64,000 bases of DNA, taken from NCBI RefSeq assembly GCF_036321535.1, contig NC_087436.1, forward strand, positions 64,916,001-64,980,000, read 5' to 3'. Every line of letters starts with the position of its first letter. Within the stretch, counting starts at the first letter, position 1. Below are positions 1-11,569 of the stretch, in pieces. Source of the DNA: Camelus dromedarius. Its lineage: Eukaryota. The position numbers and the translations under genes were made by a program. Under the pieces are notes generated by a model. The model did no database searches. It was not told the DNA's origin and saw only the letters and a list, made by a program, of their open reading frames with translations.

Positions 1-29
1 CATCGGAGTTAAAAGGAATGCAACTCATT

Positions 30-325
30 TAAATTAACTCTCATGCTCAAAATTCTCCAGTGGCTTCTGGTAACATTCAGAAAAACTCCAGTTTCTCAAC
101 ATGGCCTGAATAGTCTGGAGCCTGGCTAACGCTCTGATTGAATGTCCCATAAATTTTCTTCCTTACTTCCCACCAACCACAAAGGCCTCCTTGCCTCCCT
201 AAAATAAATCAGTCATAAGATATCATCAGGTTTCTCATATTTGCTTTTCCTTCTACCTCCTGTCTACGTGATTAGCTTTTCTCTTCATTCATGCCTCTGC
301 TCAAATGTTAATTCCTCAGATAAGC
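30..325 (+). mobile_element. L2 LINE 3' region fragment
   Basis: Motifs tgctcaaaattctccagtggcttc and ctctgctcaaatgtt...cctcaga resemble the recalled L2 3' consensus. Confidence 0.6.
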
Positions 326-454
326 TGTTATTTTTCAGAGTGTTGTGTAGCAAACGGATGGGAGAAAGCCAATTGTTGGGGAAAGGAGACCAGTTAGGAG
401 ATGATTATAGGTAGTTCAGGAAGGATATTGTGGCAGTTTCATAGATACATGTAC

Positions 455-1118
455 ATACACTGATGTTGAGTATAAACTGGCATGACCACCTGGGAAAACT
501 CTTGGCAATATTTACTAAAGCCAAATATATGCATGTTTTATAACCCAGCCATTGCACTCCTAATTACCTACCCAAGAGAAATAAATGTATTGAACATCAA
601 AAGAGTTCAGCAGGAGTGTAATTAGCAGCTTTATTCATAAAGCTTCCAAACTGGAAATAGCCCAACAGCCCATCAATAGAAACAATAAATACATTGTGGT
701 GTTATTTCCAAAGTGGAATTTTGGAATATGATTTTATTTTTTTTAATTTTGGAAAAAAATAAAATTATATATAACAACATGTATGAATCTCATAGACATG
801 AGTGAAAGGAGCTAGCTACCAGTATCCATGTTGTATAATATCAGTTATATTAAGTACAAGAATAAGCAAAACATTATCTGTAATTATAGAATAGGCAATA
901 CATTTGGAGGTATATTCACTGGGTGGGATCTGAGGGAGTCTGCAGAGGTGCTAGAAATGTTCTATATCTTGATTTAAATGGTATCTATATAGACTTATAT
1001 TTTACATAATTTGTATTCACAAAGATGTATACATACAATGTCTGCATATGTAGAAATCAGTCATGCTGTAAATTTAAGATCTGTACACTTTACCATATAT
1101 AAATAATACATTTTAAAA
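455..1118 (+). mobile_element. Old L1 (L1ME/MD-like) 3' end
   Basis: acccagccattgcactcctaattacctacccaagagaaat and gcagctttattcataa...aactggaaa are typical of the L1 ORF2 end and 3'UTR. Confidence 0.75.
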
Positions 1119-1524
1119 GGTAAATTAAACAGACTATCTGGGCTTGGATCAGTGTGATTTTTTGATGAGATGCTGCAGTCCAGGATGTATTTTGGAGATA
1201 GGGTTAACAATATTTGCTGAAGGGGAGTCTGTAAGAGAAAGAGAGCCATTGAAAAGGATTCCATTGATTTTTGTTTTTTGAATGAGCACATTCATGAGCT
1301 GAAATGGGGACGATTTTAGAGGAGCAAAGGAGATTCAAGGACGTCATTGTCTTTTGCTTGTAATAAATACACATTTCTGTTAAACACACTCACACATACA
1401 TGAAAGCAGAATATATAAAGTGGTATAAATGGTTAAAACTAAATACTATACATGTTAAAAAGATAGAAGAATAAGTACACTCCTCATCCAGACAGCTGTT
1501 ACTGAGTTACAGTTGGCACATCAG

Positions 1525-1666
1525 TTTTGCTTGTTTGTTTTCGATGTTTTTTTGTTGGGTTAGGGTATAAGGTTTATTTATTTATTTAATGCAGGTACTG
1601 GGGATTGAACCCAGGACCTTGTGCATGCTAAGCATGTGTTCTACTGCTGAGCTATACTCACCCCCT
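1525..1666 (-). mobile_element. tRNA-derived SINE, camelid vic-1-like
   Basis: Minus strand reads GGGGTGAGTATAGCTCAGCAGTAGAACACATGCTTAGCATGCACAAGGTCCTGGGTTCAATCCCAGTACC, with Pol III A/B boxes, then (AAAT)n and an A-rich tail; TSD ACATCAG(G)TTTT at 1518-1528 and 1667-1678. Confidence 0.85.
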
Positions 1667-1784
1667 ACATCAGGTTTTTAATGATTAACTAGAGTCAAGA
1701 ATAATTTCAGCTATTAGGCTAGTTTCAAGAATGCAAATAACTTACAAGTACTATAGAGCTTTGCTAATGAGGAGTCTTCATGGG

Positions 1785-1980
1785 AGCATGTCTAATAGAG
1801 CCTTCTTCACAATGAAAGAATTTCTGTGCTGTCGAATAGAGTAGCCACTAGATAGGTGAGTCTACCGAGTACATGTAATGTGGCTAGTGCAAGTAAAGAA
1901 TATAATTTTTAATGTTATTAAAGTTTAGTTAACTTAAATTTTTGTTTAAAGTGACACAGACCTAGTGACTACGTACTATC
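1785..1980. mobile_element. MER3-like hAT-Charlie DNA transposon
   Basis: gtctaataga...gtagccactag...aatgtggctagtg...ctagtgactac internal inverted structure resembles MER3. Confidence 0.7.
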
Positions 1981-2769
1981 ATTATAACCTCAAAAATCTT
2001 ATTCAGGCTTCTTTGTTAAAAATTATAGTCGAGTATCGAAGGTACATGGAGTATATTTGTCTCTATCAGGGTAACCAGCCCCCTTTCTTTGGCCCGTTGC
2101 CAGCTGAGTGCTATACAGATAGATATGCCTGCTTGTAATGTTTATCAGCTATTTACAAGAGTCATTTACTACACCTCTTTAATGGTCTAGTGGACTTCAT
2201 GATTTCCTATAACAAAATAACTGTGAAACAATGCTAGTCTCAAGCAATCTATACCAACTTGTTCTCCAGTAACAATGCAAAGATGCAACTAAATTCTGTA
2301 AATTTAGGTTGCACGCTCTATTAGAGCTCATTAGGAATAAAAGTCAATGGCATGCCACCAGCCTTGCTTTACTGCTATTTAATCTACTTTAGTTATTCTA
2401 ATATTTTCCTGTGCTTTACAGGAGAGACTATAAAACAAAATCTTCATCCTTTGTATGGTATTTCCTAGGTTGCTGAAGATTCTCAATTTCCAAAGGGTTC
2501 TTTATGTCTCATATTCTATCACACAATTTCTCTCATCATAGATATTTGGTGAAGACTGAATACTCAGTACTGTTCATTTATTCCTCATAGGGTATTTGTG
2601 AATTATTTCATGGGTATGGGATTTTTGATACCAAACTAGGGGGAAAAAACTAATAAACCAAAAAATTCCCAACTTTTTGAAATATATTGTACTTTTTTAA
2701 ATAGAACAATAAAAGGGGATTATGAGAAACATTTTGGAGTTGCATATATATTTAGGGATAAGATAAAAT

Positions 2770-3700
2770 AATTTATTATTATAGAAAATTTGAAACATAT
2801 GTAATATTTAAGATAATAGTAAAAAGAATATGAAATACCCATCATCCAGTTTCAAGGAGTATCAAGACAGATCCAATTTTGTTTTATTTATAGCCCCATC
2901 CTTAGTCTCCCACATGCTTATTTTGAAGCAAATACCAGACATTATATTGGCTCATCTGTAAGCATTTCAATATGATCTTTAAAATACAAAGTCTCTTTTA
3001 AAGTAATAATGACAAATCAAGTATCACATCTAAGTCATTTTAATATCATCAAATATCCAGTTAGTATTCACATTTCCTCAGTGTTTGAGAACACACAATT
3101 TGTCTGTTTAAATCAAGATCAGAATAAGGTCCATGCATATAGATGAATGGTTGATATTCCTTGAGTCTTTTTGATGAATAGGTTTAATCTCCATTTAAAA
3201 TTTTTTCTTTAGAATTTTTCTATTAAAAGGACCAGGAGTTTTGTCCTGTAGAATTACCTGCAGCCTGAATTTTGCTGATTTCAGAGCATAAACCATACTC
3301 TGAGTAATACTGCCGTGTTTTACTGAGTGAATTTGCAGTAGATAGACTTTTGTTTGGTTTGCAGTCTCTACTGTTTTGATAATGCTGTAATAAACAGCTC
3401 CATGGATACTTGGTTTGTATTTATGCCAGTGTGTTTTTTTTATAGATACCTAGACACGGGATTATAGGGTCAAAGGGCAAAGCATATGAAATTTTGCCAG
3501 ATGTTGCCAAACTCTCTGCCATTCAGATTGTTCCACATTGCATTTCCACCAGCAGTATTTTAGGTTGCTTGTTTCCTTACAACTTTGCCAACAGAGTAGA
3601 TTGCCGAACTTTTGGATTCTAGTCTAATAGTTGAGAAATGACATCAAAGTGTTTTTTTTTTCTTTTTTTTGCATTTGTCTTATTATAAGTTAGGATGAAT
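2770..3700 (-). mobile_element. Old L1 (L1MC/ME-like) 3' fragments
   Basis: ttattttgaagcaaataccagacat, aatatcatcaaatatccagt, gggtcaaagggc and catttccaccagcagt are antisense L1 3' motifs. Confidence 0.7.
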
Positions 3701-4870
3701 GTATAGATTAGGTAACTTTACACCGTCAAGGCATTAAGCAATGGTTTTTGACTAAAAAAATTTATATATATATATATGCAGTGGTTAGAAAAGTTAGTTT
3801 TAGAGCTGCTGGTTTATTGAGATATTAAAAGTTAAGATAACTTTAATAAAATATTGTGAAAATAACAATGTAATATAAACATTTCAATTTAATCAATTAT
3901 AGTATATCTTAAAATATTTTGTAGAATGATTTTTCACCTGATGACCATAGATAGAAAAAAATCTGATGGTACACTTAGAGTCTACATATTTTTACATATA
4001 GACAAATATTTTTGCCTTGGAAAAGGTAGAACTTAGCATTTAAAAAAATCCTTGATATTTTAAGATGGCCTGTGAACTAAATTTGCAAACTTGTTAATTA
4101 TCTAGTAATAGTGGATCATTTTAAAATCTAGGACATGAGAAAGCAAAGTGTTTCTCTTTCTCTCATCTCAAGAATGAAAGGCTAAATGGGCAAGATTGAG
4201 TACTTAATATACACAGTGGGCCTGAGATTTAAGAGGCCAGAGACAGAGGGGAAGCTAAGAAGTTAAAAGCACTCTCTTCCAAAAGAAATATCTTTTTGGT
4301 ATTTCTTTGTATGTCTGAAAGACTTTGTTTTGTAACATTACCCTTTTTGGATTTTGCTTTCTTTCTTCTTCCCTTTTCTATGTGTGGCATGGGTAGACTG
4401 TACTTCCCCTTCATCAGGAGGTCCCATGAAAGCCTGGAGAAGCCAGGTGAGGTCTAATAGAAATCAGATACAGAATTGGCAACTTAAGGAAATTTTGTTC
4501 AAGTATGTTATAGTAAATACTAATGTAGGAGATCCCAGAGCCTGGCTTTGACCTAGGAGAGAGAAGACAGGGCTATTGGCTTGATTTACTTTAATTTGGA
4601 AACTCAGTAGGTCAAAAAGAATCCTTGAAGATCACAAGGCTAAAATATTACATGTCACTCTGAAGCCAAAGGACTGTCTGGTGTTGCTCCTTTGAAGACT
4701 TGAAAATGTATTAGGCTGCTGGCTTCGACTTTGGGTTTCCCAACTGTTGTTTCTCAACAGAAGCAAAATTAATGTCTTCCATGTGCCTATCACATGCTTG
4801 CTTATGAACCAGCTTCTGAGGATATGAAATGACAAGACCTCTGTGCTAAAAAAGTTGTAATTTACTCAAA

Positions 4871-5065
4871 GAGGCAGTAAAGCACAGTAGTTAAACATAT
4901 GAATTCTGTTCTGGAACTAGACTTAAGTCTGGGTGACTTTTGGGCAAGTTATTTAACCTCACTGTAACTCAGTAACTTCATCTGAAAATTGTTACTATTA
5001 ACTGACAATATTTGTGAAATGCTTAAAATAGCACCTTACATGTAGTGAATATTTAATATTAGTCA
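4871..5065 (+). mobile_element. MIR SINE
   Basis: MIR core gtgacttttgggcaagttatttaacctc...ctcagt...catctg. Confidence 0.7.
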
Positions 5066-5699
5066 TGATTATAGTTATTTGAAACAGACCACATCTGTGA
5101 CTTGCCCCTGTAATAAATGCATCTGCTCTTCATTTTTCTAATATTCCCAGTTCAATCCCTAAGTCCAGGTGCAGAAAATCTTCCTTGATCATTCTGCTAA
5201 GGGCCCAGGGTCATATACTCCTATTTTTCTTGGTAGATGAAGTCAGTACTTAGTGGAATACCACTTTTCTAGCTATGCAGTCTTTTCTGTGCCATGAATT
5301 AGCTGTGCATCCAGAATAAATGACTTACTATCTGGAGATCTTAGCTTATTCATTTATGAAATATAGTTTATCTTTAAAGTCCATCATACCTGTGAAACAT
5401 CATCATCAATGCCTAGTCTTGACACACACAAAAAAATGCTTTATTTTAAGCAGCTATCTGAGAAATGAGAAAAATTGTCAAATATAGCCACATATACTCT
5501 GCCTACTGAAAATTTTACAGTCAGTTATTGCTAATTCTTGGGCTGGAAGGAAGTTTTAGATCTCAAGCTTATAGTCCACTGAGCTTAAATTTAATCACAG
5601 AGTGTTTTAAGATTAAGTGCTCTATTTACAGAACTAACAATTCTCCTTAGGAAACATACCCCAATTGAGTTTGCCACACATGCCAATCTCTTCCAAACT

Positions 5700-5821
5700 C
5701 ACAGATATGGAAGGCTGGCTGTACTCTGCCATTTTATATGAGGGATTTGAACATCCATGGATTTTGGTCCCCGCAGAGGGTTCCTGGAACCAGTCCCCCA
5801 TGAATACGGAGGGATGACTGA
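5700..5821 (-). mobile_element. MER2-like TcMar-Tigger fragment
   Basis: ccattttatat...catccatggattttggt...cctggaaccagtccccc...gagggatgactg resembles the MER2 terminus. Confidence 0.65.
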
Positions 5822-5862
5822 TTTAGAAAATATGCCATGACTGGTACTACTTCTCCATTTGG

Positions 5863-6085
5863 GGTGTGTGTGTGTATAAAATATGTATGTGTGTATATAT
5901 AATTATGTGTATATGATGTACACGTATATGAACATACAATGTACATGTGTGCATGTGCTGTGTATGTTCATACACACACGTGTGTGTATATATCTATACA
6001 CACACATACATATATGGCATACATAGAGGGATGGGTACAATGATGGCAACTCTGTGTGTGTGTGTGGGTATGGGTGTATGTGTAT
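5863..6085. repeat. Compound (TG)/(TA)/(CA) microsatellite
   Basis: Directly visible dinucleotide runs; they explain the overlapping low-complexity ORFs at 5734-6147. Confidence 0.9.
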
Positions 6086-6404
6086 CCTTAGATCATTGGA
6101 ATGACTCACGTCATTGCAGATTTCTGATTTACAGTAACTTAACTTGAGTTTTAATCCTTGTAAAAATTAAGATAATTAAGTTCAAATATTTTAATTATAG
6201 TTACTTATAAAACAAATGACTCAAAATTGTATTAAGTAGTTTCTAACATTCTAACATTCTAACGTGCTGTACTGAGGTAAAATACAAAGAGTTTTTGATA
6301 TTAATACTAACAAACTGCTACAAAAATGAAAAATTCAAACTGTTGATAGGGGTTGATTCGTGTCCATAAAAGGAGAAGTTTCCACCAGAGATGATAGGGT
6401 TTGA

Positions 6405-6570
6405 GGCATGTGAGGCATATGGTTTGAGGATAAGAGCTCTGGAGAAGGGTTGCCTGTGCAAAACTGGCTTTGTCATTTATTAGCAGTGTGACCTTGGGTA
6501 CTCCGTAATTTCACCTGTCAAGTACATGGAAGGGCCATGGGACAGTGCCTGGCACAGTTAATATAACCAT
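6405..6570 (+). mobile_element. MIR SINE fragment
   Basis: taagagctctggag...tattagcagtgtgaccttggg...acagtgcctggcaca. Confidence 0.6.
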
Positions 6571-6809
6571 AATTGTAATGAAATAACTGAGATCCTTCCA
6601 GGTCTCTAATTCTATGAAATAGTAATCAAATCTGTTTAAGAAGAGGTACTGAGAGTTTCTTTAGCCATATGGTACTGAAGAAGAATATGAGCTCTTAATG
6701 AAATAAACACTTCAATTCTTTTTTACAGTATGCATTTGTGATATAAAGGAAGAGCTTACAGAACTTAGCCTGGAACTTGCAACAGTTGGGGGTGATTTGA
6801 GAAGGGCAA

Positions 6810-7304
6810 TGTATTTGTTAGAGTCCTCTAGAGAAACAGAATCCTGTTCTGAGAGGGGAAAGAGGGCAGGAGGGAGAGGAGAGCAGGATTATGAGGAACT
6901 GGCTCATGAGATTTTGAATGTTGTGAATTTCCCCAGTCTACCATCTGTAGACTCAAGATCCCTAAAAGCCAGTGGCATAATTCAGTCTGAGTCTGAAGGC
7001 CTGAAAACCAAGAGAGCTGATGTTTATAAATGCCAGTCCAAGGGCCGGAAGAGATGAGATGTGATGTCCTAGCTCAAGCAGGGGTCTAGAAAAAAGGGCA
7101 AATTCCTTCTTCCTTCACCTTTTGTTTTGTTTAGGCCCTTAATGGTTTGGAGGTTGCTGACCTACACAGGAGAGGGCAGTCTATTGAATCCACAATTTCA
7201 AATGCTAATCTCACTCAGAAACACTCTCACAGACACACCCAGAAATAATGTTTAATCTGGCACACCATAGCCAGTCAAATTAACACATAAAATTAGCCGT
7301 CACA
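6810..7304 (-). mobile_element. MLT2-family (ERVL) solo LTR
   Basis: TG...CA termini; tctagagaaacagaa, gaggaactggctcatg, aaacactctcacagacacacccagaaataatgttt; flanks GGCAA/GGTGA look like a decayed 5-bp TSD. Confidence 0.85.
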
Positions 7305-8254
7305 GGTGAATATGGTGATTATTGAAAGAATTGTCCCAGTTTATATTTCTAATCCTGATATATGAAGTTAAGGACTCGCGTAAAAGGCACTCATGTTTAG
7401 TAGACTATTAATTTATCTTCACACTGACTCAGACTCAAAGAATGAGTAGCTATTTGTTAAGTCTGAACTCTTTATAAGGAGAATTTAAAACTTGAGCATC
7501 AATCAACAATATATTCAGGGAATGTACTTGGTGGAAAAGAGAAAGCCAGTGCTTACACATCTGGCCTCTCTTCTCCCCTGTGGAGAGTTTAGACAGTATT
7601 ACTTTATAAATTGCTGGGGAATTGAGATAGAACTTGATGATTTTAATGGTACTGGCTATTCTTTCCTTAAAGTAATTCAGTTAAAGTTGCCCTATGTTAA
7701 TTGTCAATGAAACAATTTCTCTTTCCTCTTAAAGTTCATTCTGTACAGAGTTAAATAGGAAAAAAGTACATTCCAGATCATTTTTACAAGGCCAAAATTT
7801 TATGGCCAATGTTTGAACATTGCAAAGAGTTGTGTAAGTAAAGATTATTCATTTAGACAGTGTTCTCATTTCAACAATAGCTCATTTCTAGTGTTTAATT
7901 ACATGATGTTCCAAATGATACCATATCATTCCAGTAGAATAGGAAAGCTTTCTCAATCACTGTTTTGAATATTTCATCTAATTAGAGAACAGCGTTTTTA
8001 TGCTATGAATATAATCTAATGTTGTAGAATACAATTTCTATTTTATTATTTGGATAAAGAAGATGGGAGAGTGATCAAGAAAATGTTTGAATAAATATTT
8101 AAAATAAGTTCCAATGCTCAAATGTACTTTTTATTAATGGTAAACAGGTTATATTAGAAAGTAATGGTATAAAATGCAGACACTAAAAACTTTTACCAGA
8201 GTAACAAAACTAGTGGGAAAATTAATACCAATTCCAGTAATTTATTTAAAAGAA

Positions 8255-8953
8255 CTTTAGACCCAGAAATAGACCCCTGCAAATGCTGATTTTAATGTTT
8301 AAGAAAAGTGCAATAGCAATTCAGTGGAGAAAGGCTAGTCTTTTCAACAAATGGTGCTGAAGTAATTAAACCTCTATAGACAAAAATAATAAAGGTTGAT
8401 CCGTACCTCACACCTTATCCAAAAACTAACTCAAAATAGTTAACTCAAAACTCTTAAACCTTTAGAAGATAACACAGGGGGAAAACTGTAACTTGATCAT
8501 GTGTTCTTGGTCATAGCAGAAGCATGATAAGACAAAAGAAATCGATAATTAGACTTCATCAGAATTAAAACCATTTGCTCTGAGAAAGGCTGTTTAAGAT
8601 TACAAGGCAAGCTACAGACAGAGAAGAGAGTTGTAAACCATGAATCTGATGAAGATTCATATTCAGAACATACACAGACCTCTTAAAACTCAACAGTAAA
8701 CAAACAAAAAACCTGCAAGCCATGCCAAATAGAAAGTGGGCAAAGAGCATAAAGAAACACTTCACTGAAAAGGGTATAAAGATGGCAAATAAGTAAATGA
8801 AAAAATGTTCAACATCACTGACCATTAGGGAAATAAAAATTTAAACCAAAATGACATACTTATTGGAAGAGCTAAAACAAAAAATAGTGACAATTGCAAA
8901 TACTGATGAGGATGCAGAGAAACAATCTCTCACGCATTGCTGGTGGGACTGTA
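8255..8953 (+). mobile_element. L1 ORF2 distal fragment (decayed)
   Basis: ccagaaatagaccc, agtcttttcaacaaatggtgctg, aaaatgttcaacatcact...attagggaaat, cattgctggtggga. Confidence 0.85.
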
Positions 8954-9686
8954 GGATCCTGAGTTCTTGTGATATTCCAAAACAAGAGATAAAATTCTTA
9001 AAATTCTTTTAGCTTAGTCAGACAACTTAGTATCTTCTCCCTGATTTACCACCATATCTTAGCACAGTATTTTATTTGGACATGCCTTGAGTTTAATTTC
9101 TTATGAGTTAAACATGCAAAAATTTTATATTGTATTATGTAACATTATACTATATATTATATATAAAATATGAGTTGAGCTGTCTGTTTTAATATTACAG
9201 ACAGACAGTTTTACTTAACTAAAATAACTTGTAATAATGAGTAACTGTTAAAAGTGGTTAAACCATTGAATACTTATATTCTTAGTGATATATATATTAC
9301 CAGTGATATAGTATTCACTTAATTTCTAAACTGTTACTTAAGGTCTTAGACTAATAGTTTATTGAGTTTATAATTTAACCTTTGGATACTTGAATAATTT
9401 CTAAGAAGAAAAAGATGCAAAACACTGGTCATGAGTTCTTTCTTATATCTATCCTTTATTTTTATATATTGTAGAATGCTTTTATAGTAAAAGTATATGC
9501 AATTGCCTTTAAGTGATCTACCTTAAAACTTACTAATCTGGTAGATTTATGCTTATGAAATAATATTTTTGGCTTTCTGCTTTTATTACTTTTGGAAAAA
9601 TAAAATTGGCTTACTTTGGATAAAGATAGTAAGAATAAACTATATTTAGAGAACAGTTGGTTCAAGAGTTGCAAGAAAAATATCAA

Positions 9687-9947
9687 TGTATTAGTTTGCT
9701 AGGGCTGCTGTAATAAGCTATTACATACTGGGTGGTTTAAATAACGTAAATTTATTTTCTCACAATTCTGGAAGCAAAAGTTCCAAGATCAAGGTGTCAG
9801 TAGGGATGATTTCTTCTGAGGCCTCTCTTGTTGGCTTATAGATGGCCATCTTTTCCCTGTGTCCTCACATGATCTTTCCTCTGTGTTTATGTTCAAATCT
9901 CCTCTTCTTACAAGGACGCCATTTTTATTAGGGCCCACTCTAATGAT
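9687..9947 (-). mobile_element. MLT1B-like MaLR LTR, 3' part (split by the CD24 retrocopy)
   Basis: tgtattagtttgctagggctgc...tctcacaattctgga...tccaagatcaaggtgtcag...ttagggcccactctaatga; LTR AATAAA on the minus strand at 9751-9756. Confidence 0.85.
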
Positions 9948-11225
9948 TTATTTGTTTAATATTTGCCTTTTTAATTTCAAAATTTGCCTTTTTAATGTCA
10001 AGATTTGCCAATTTCACTTCCGAAAGAATTTTTTAAACTGTAAAAAGTATTCAACAGATGCAGAAATAGAAAGCATTTTGAAATTAGTTGAGGTCAATGT
10101 ACTTTGGCTCTGTTATCAGTTTAGCTAAAAGAATCTAGTGCTCTTATTGAATAAGAGTAGTTGATAAGTATATAAGCAAGAGGTGCTCATTATGCTTGGA
10201 TTTGGAGTAGATTCCAACCCATCAGTGCCCTGGCACATATTGATTACTATATATAAAGTCAAATGCAATGTCAAATCCAGATCCTCAGAGGAAAGAGCTC
10301 AGTTCCCAAGAAAACAGTGATAGCTTAATGTAAAATTTTATCTAGAGTAGATTGTCATTACATTAGTACTGCTGAAATGATGCATTGAGGATTTACAGTA
10401 ACACCTGAAAGTTCCTTCTCATGTATATATAAATAGAATCATGGAAGCTCTTTCTGTATTAATTATTGTTATGGCCTTATAAATTTAATGAACCAAATGA
10501 AAACTGAATCACTGTTCCACATTCCATTCTTTATCTCTAAGGGAGATAAAATCTTTTCTCATTTTCAAAGTAGAGTTTAATGTGTCCGTACTTTTTAAAC
10601 CACATTTAAGTAAATCATCTCAACTAATTTTAGCCATTGTCTCTCCATCTTGTACAGGAAACTCCAACAGACTTAATATTGGCATTCATCATCTAGTTAA
10701 TTCCTTCACATGCTCTTCAAACCAATCAAATCTGGCATCCTTAACATTTTCTGTCAATAAAATAAGGGGTGGAATCAGCAGATTCATTCAACGAAGACCT
10801 GTTTTTTTCTTGTCACACTGGTCAACTAGATGCCATCTGAATTGGGTTTAGAAGACGGGAAAATATAGGTTTCTTGGCCTGCATCTGTTAATAGTAGTGA
10901 TGTGGAAGGGAGACCGAGATCATGAAGAGACTGGCAGTTGACTGCAGAGCACTGTCACTTGCTTTGGTGGTGACATTAGCTGGATTTGCTGTGGCCGAGG
11001 TATGCTGGGAGGAGTTACTTGAGAGTGTTAAAATAATAATTACTTTATTTGAATAGATCTGTGTAGGTAAGAGCAATGCCAGAAGCAACAGTCCCAGTCC
11101 GAGCCTGGCCACCATTGCTCTGCCTAGGTCCGCTCCTCTGGTGCCTGGAGCATCTCATTGGATGCCTAGTGCATGAAGGATAGCTGGCAGGGGGAGTGGG
11201 GCTGATGGGAGTGGCACTGGCAATG
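9948..11225 (-). pseudogene. CD24: CD24 processed (retrotransposed) copy: ~100 nt 5'UTR, coding region and ~940 nt 3'UTR
   Basis: Translation [22 protein letters not shown]...ALQSTASLF is clearly CD24; no intron at Q|I (11059/11058), where I recall the parental intron lies; the 3'UTR matches recalled CD24 3'UTR motifs (tttgacattgcatttgac, gcttccatgattctatttata); TSD core TCTAATGAT at 9939-9947 and 11226-11234. Confidence 0.95.
10888..11115 (-). CDS. CD24: Open 75-aa CD24-like ORF in the retrocopy, starting at the Met5 equivalent; expression unknown
   Basis: No stop or frameshift from GCAATGG (strong Kozak context) to TAA; the Met1 position reads CTA (11125-11127). Homology is certain, coding function is not. 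Confidence 0.4.
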   Translation of the reverse strand: MVARLGLGLLLLALLLPTQIYSNKVIIILTLSSNSSQHTSATANPANVTTKASDSALQSTASLFMISVSLPHHYY

Positions 11226-11354
11226 TCTAATGATCTCATTTTAACCTAATTACCACTTTTAAGACCCTGTGTCTAATCATAGTCACATTTTGAGGTACTA
11301 AGGGTCAGGACCTCAATATATGAATTTTGTGGAGACACAATTCAGCCCATAACA
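11226..11354 (-). mobile_element. MLT1B-like MaLR LTR, 5' part
   Basis: ctaatgatctcattttaacctaattacc...gtcacattttgaggtact...gacacaattcagcccataaca resumes the consensus exactly where 9947 stopped. Confidence 0.85.
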
Positions 11355-11569
11355 TTCATACATACATATATATTTATATACACAAAGATAATACACATGT
11401 ACACACATAAGATGATAACTGTGCTTTTGTAAATACCCTGATATCTCATTCTATGGGCTTTTTAGATTGGTCAAAGGATATATTCCCTTGGTTTAATTTG
11501 GGTATTCTTACCCCCTGGCCTAGAAGAAAACCTGAACTCTAATCATGACCTTTTCTTAGTATTCACTAT

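Noticed and set aside
1525..1666. tRNA gene
   Set aside because: The tRNA-like head is diverged and followed by an A-rich tail and TSD, so it is a SINE.
6729..7057. Acceptor plus open frame CICDIKEELTELSLELATVGG running into the 86-aa ORF
   Set aside because: No convincing donor, no recognisable protein, and most of the frame lies in the MLT2 LTR.
9859..10128. 89-aa ORF with an ICLFNxK repeat
   Set aside because: It reads through the LTR and the antisense CD24 3'UTR; the peptide repeat is just the 21-bp tandem duplication.
10582..11239. Overlapping ORFs 10582-10851 (+) and 11045-11239 (-)
   Set aside because: Antisense or alternative frames of the CD24 retrocopy, with no independent homology.
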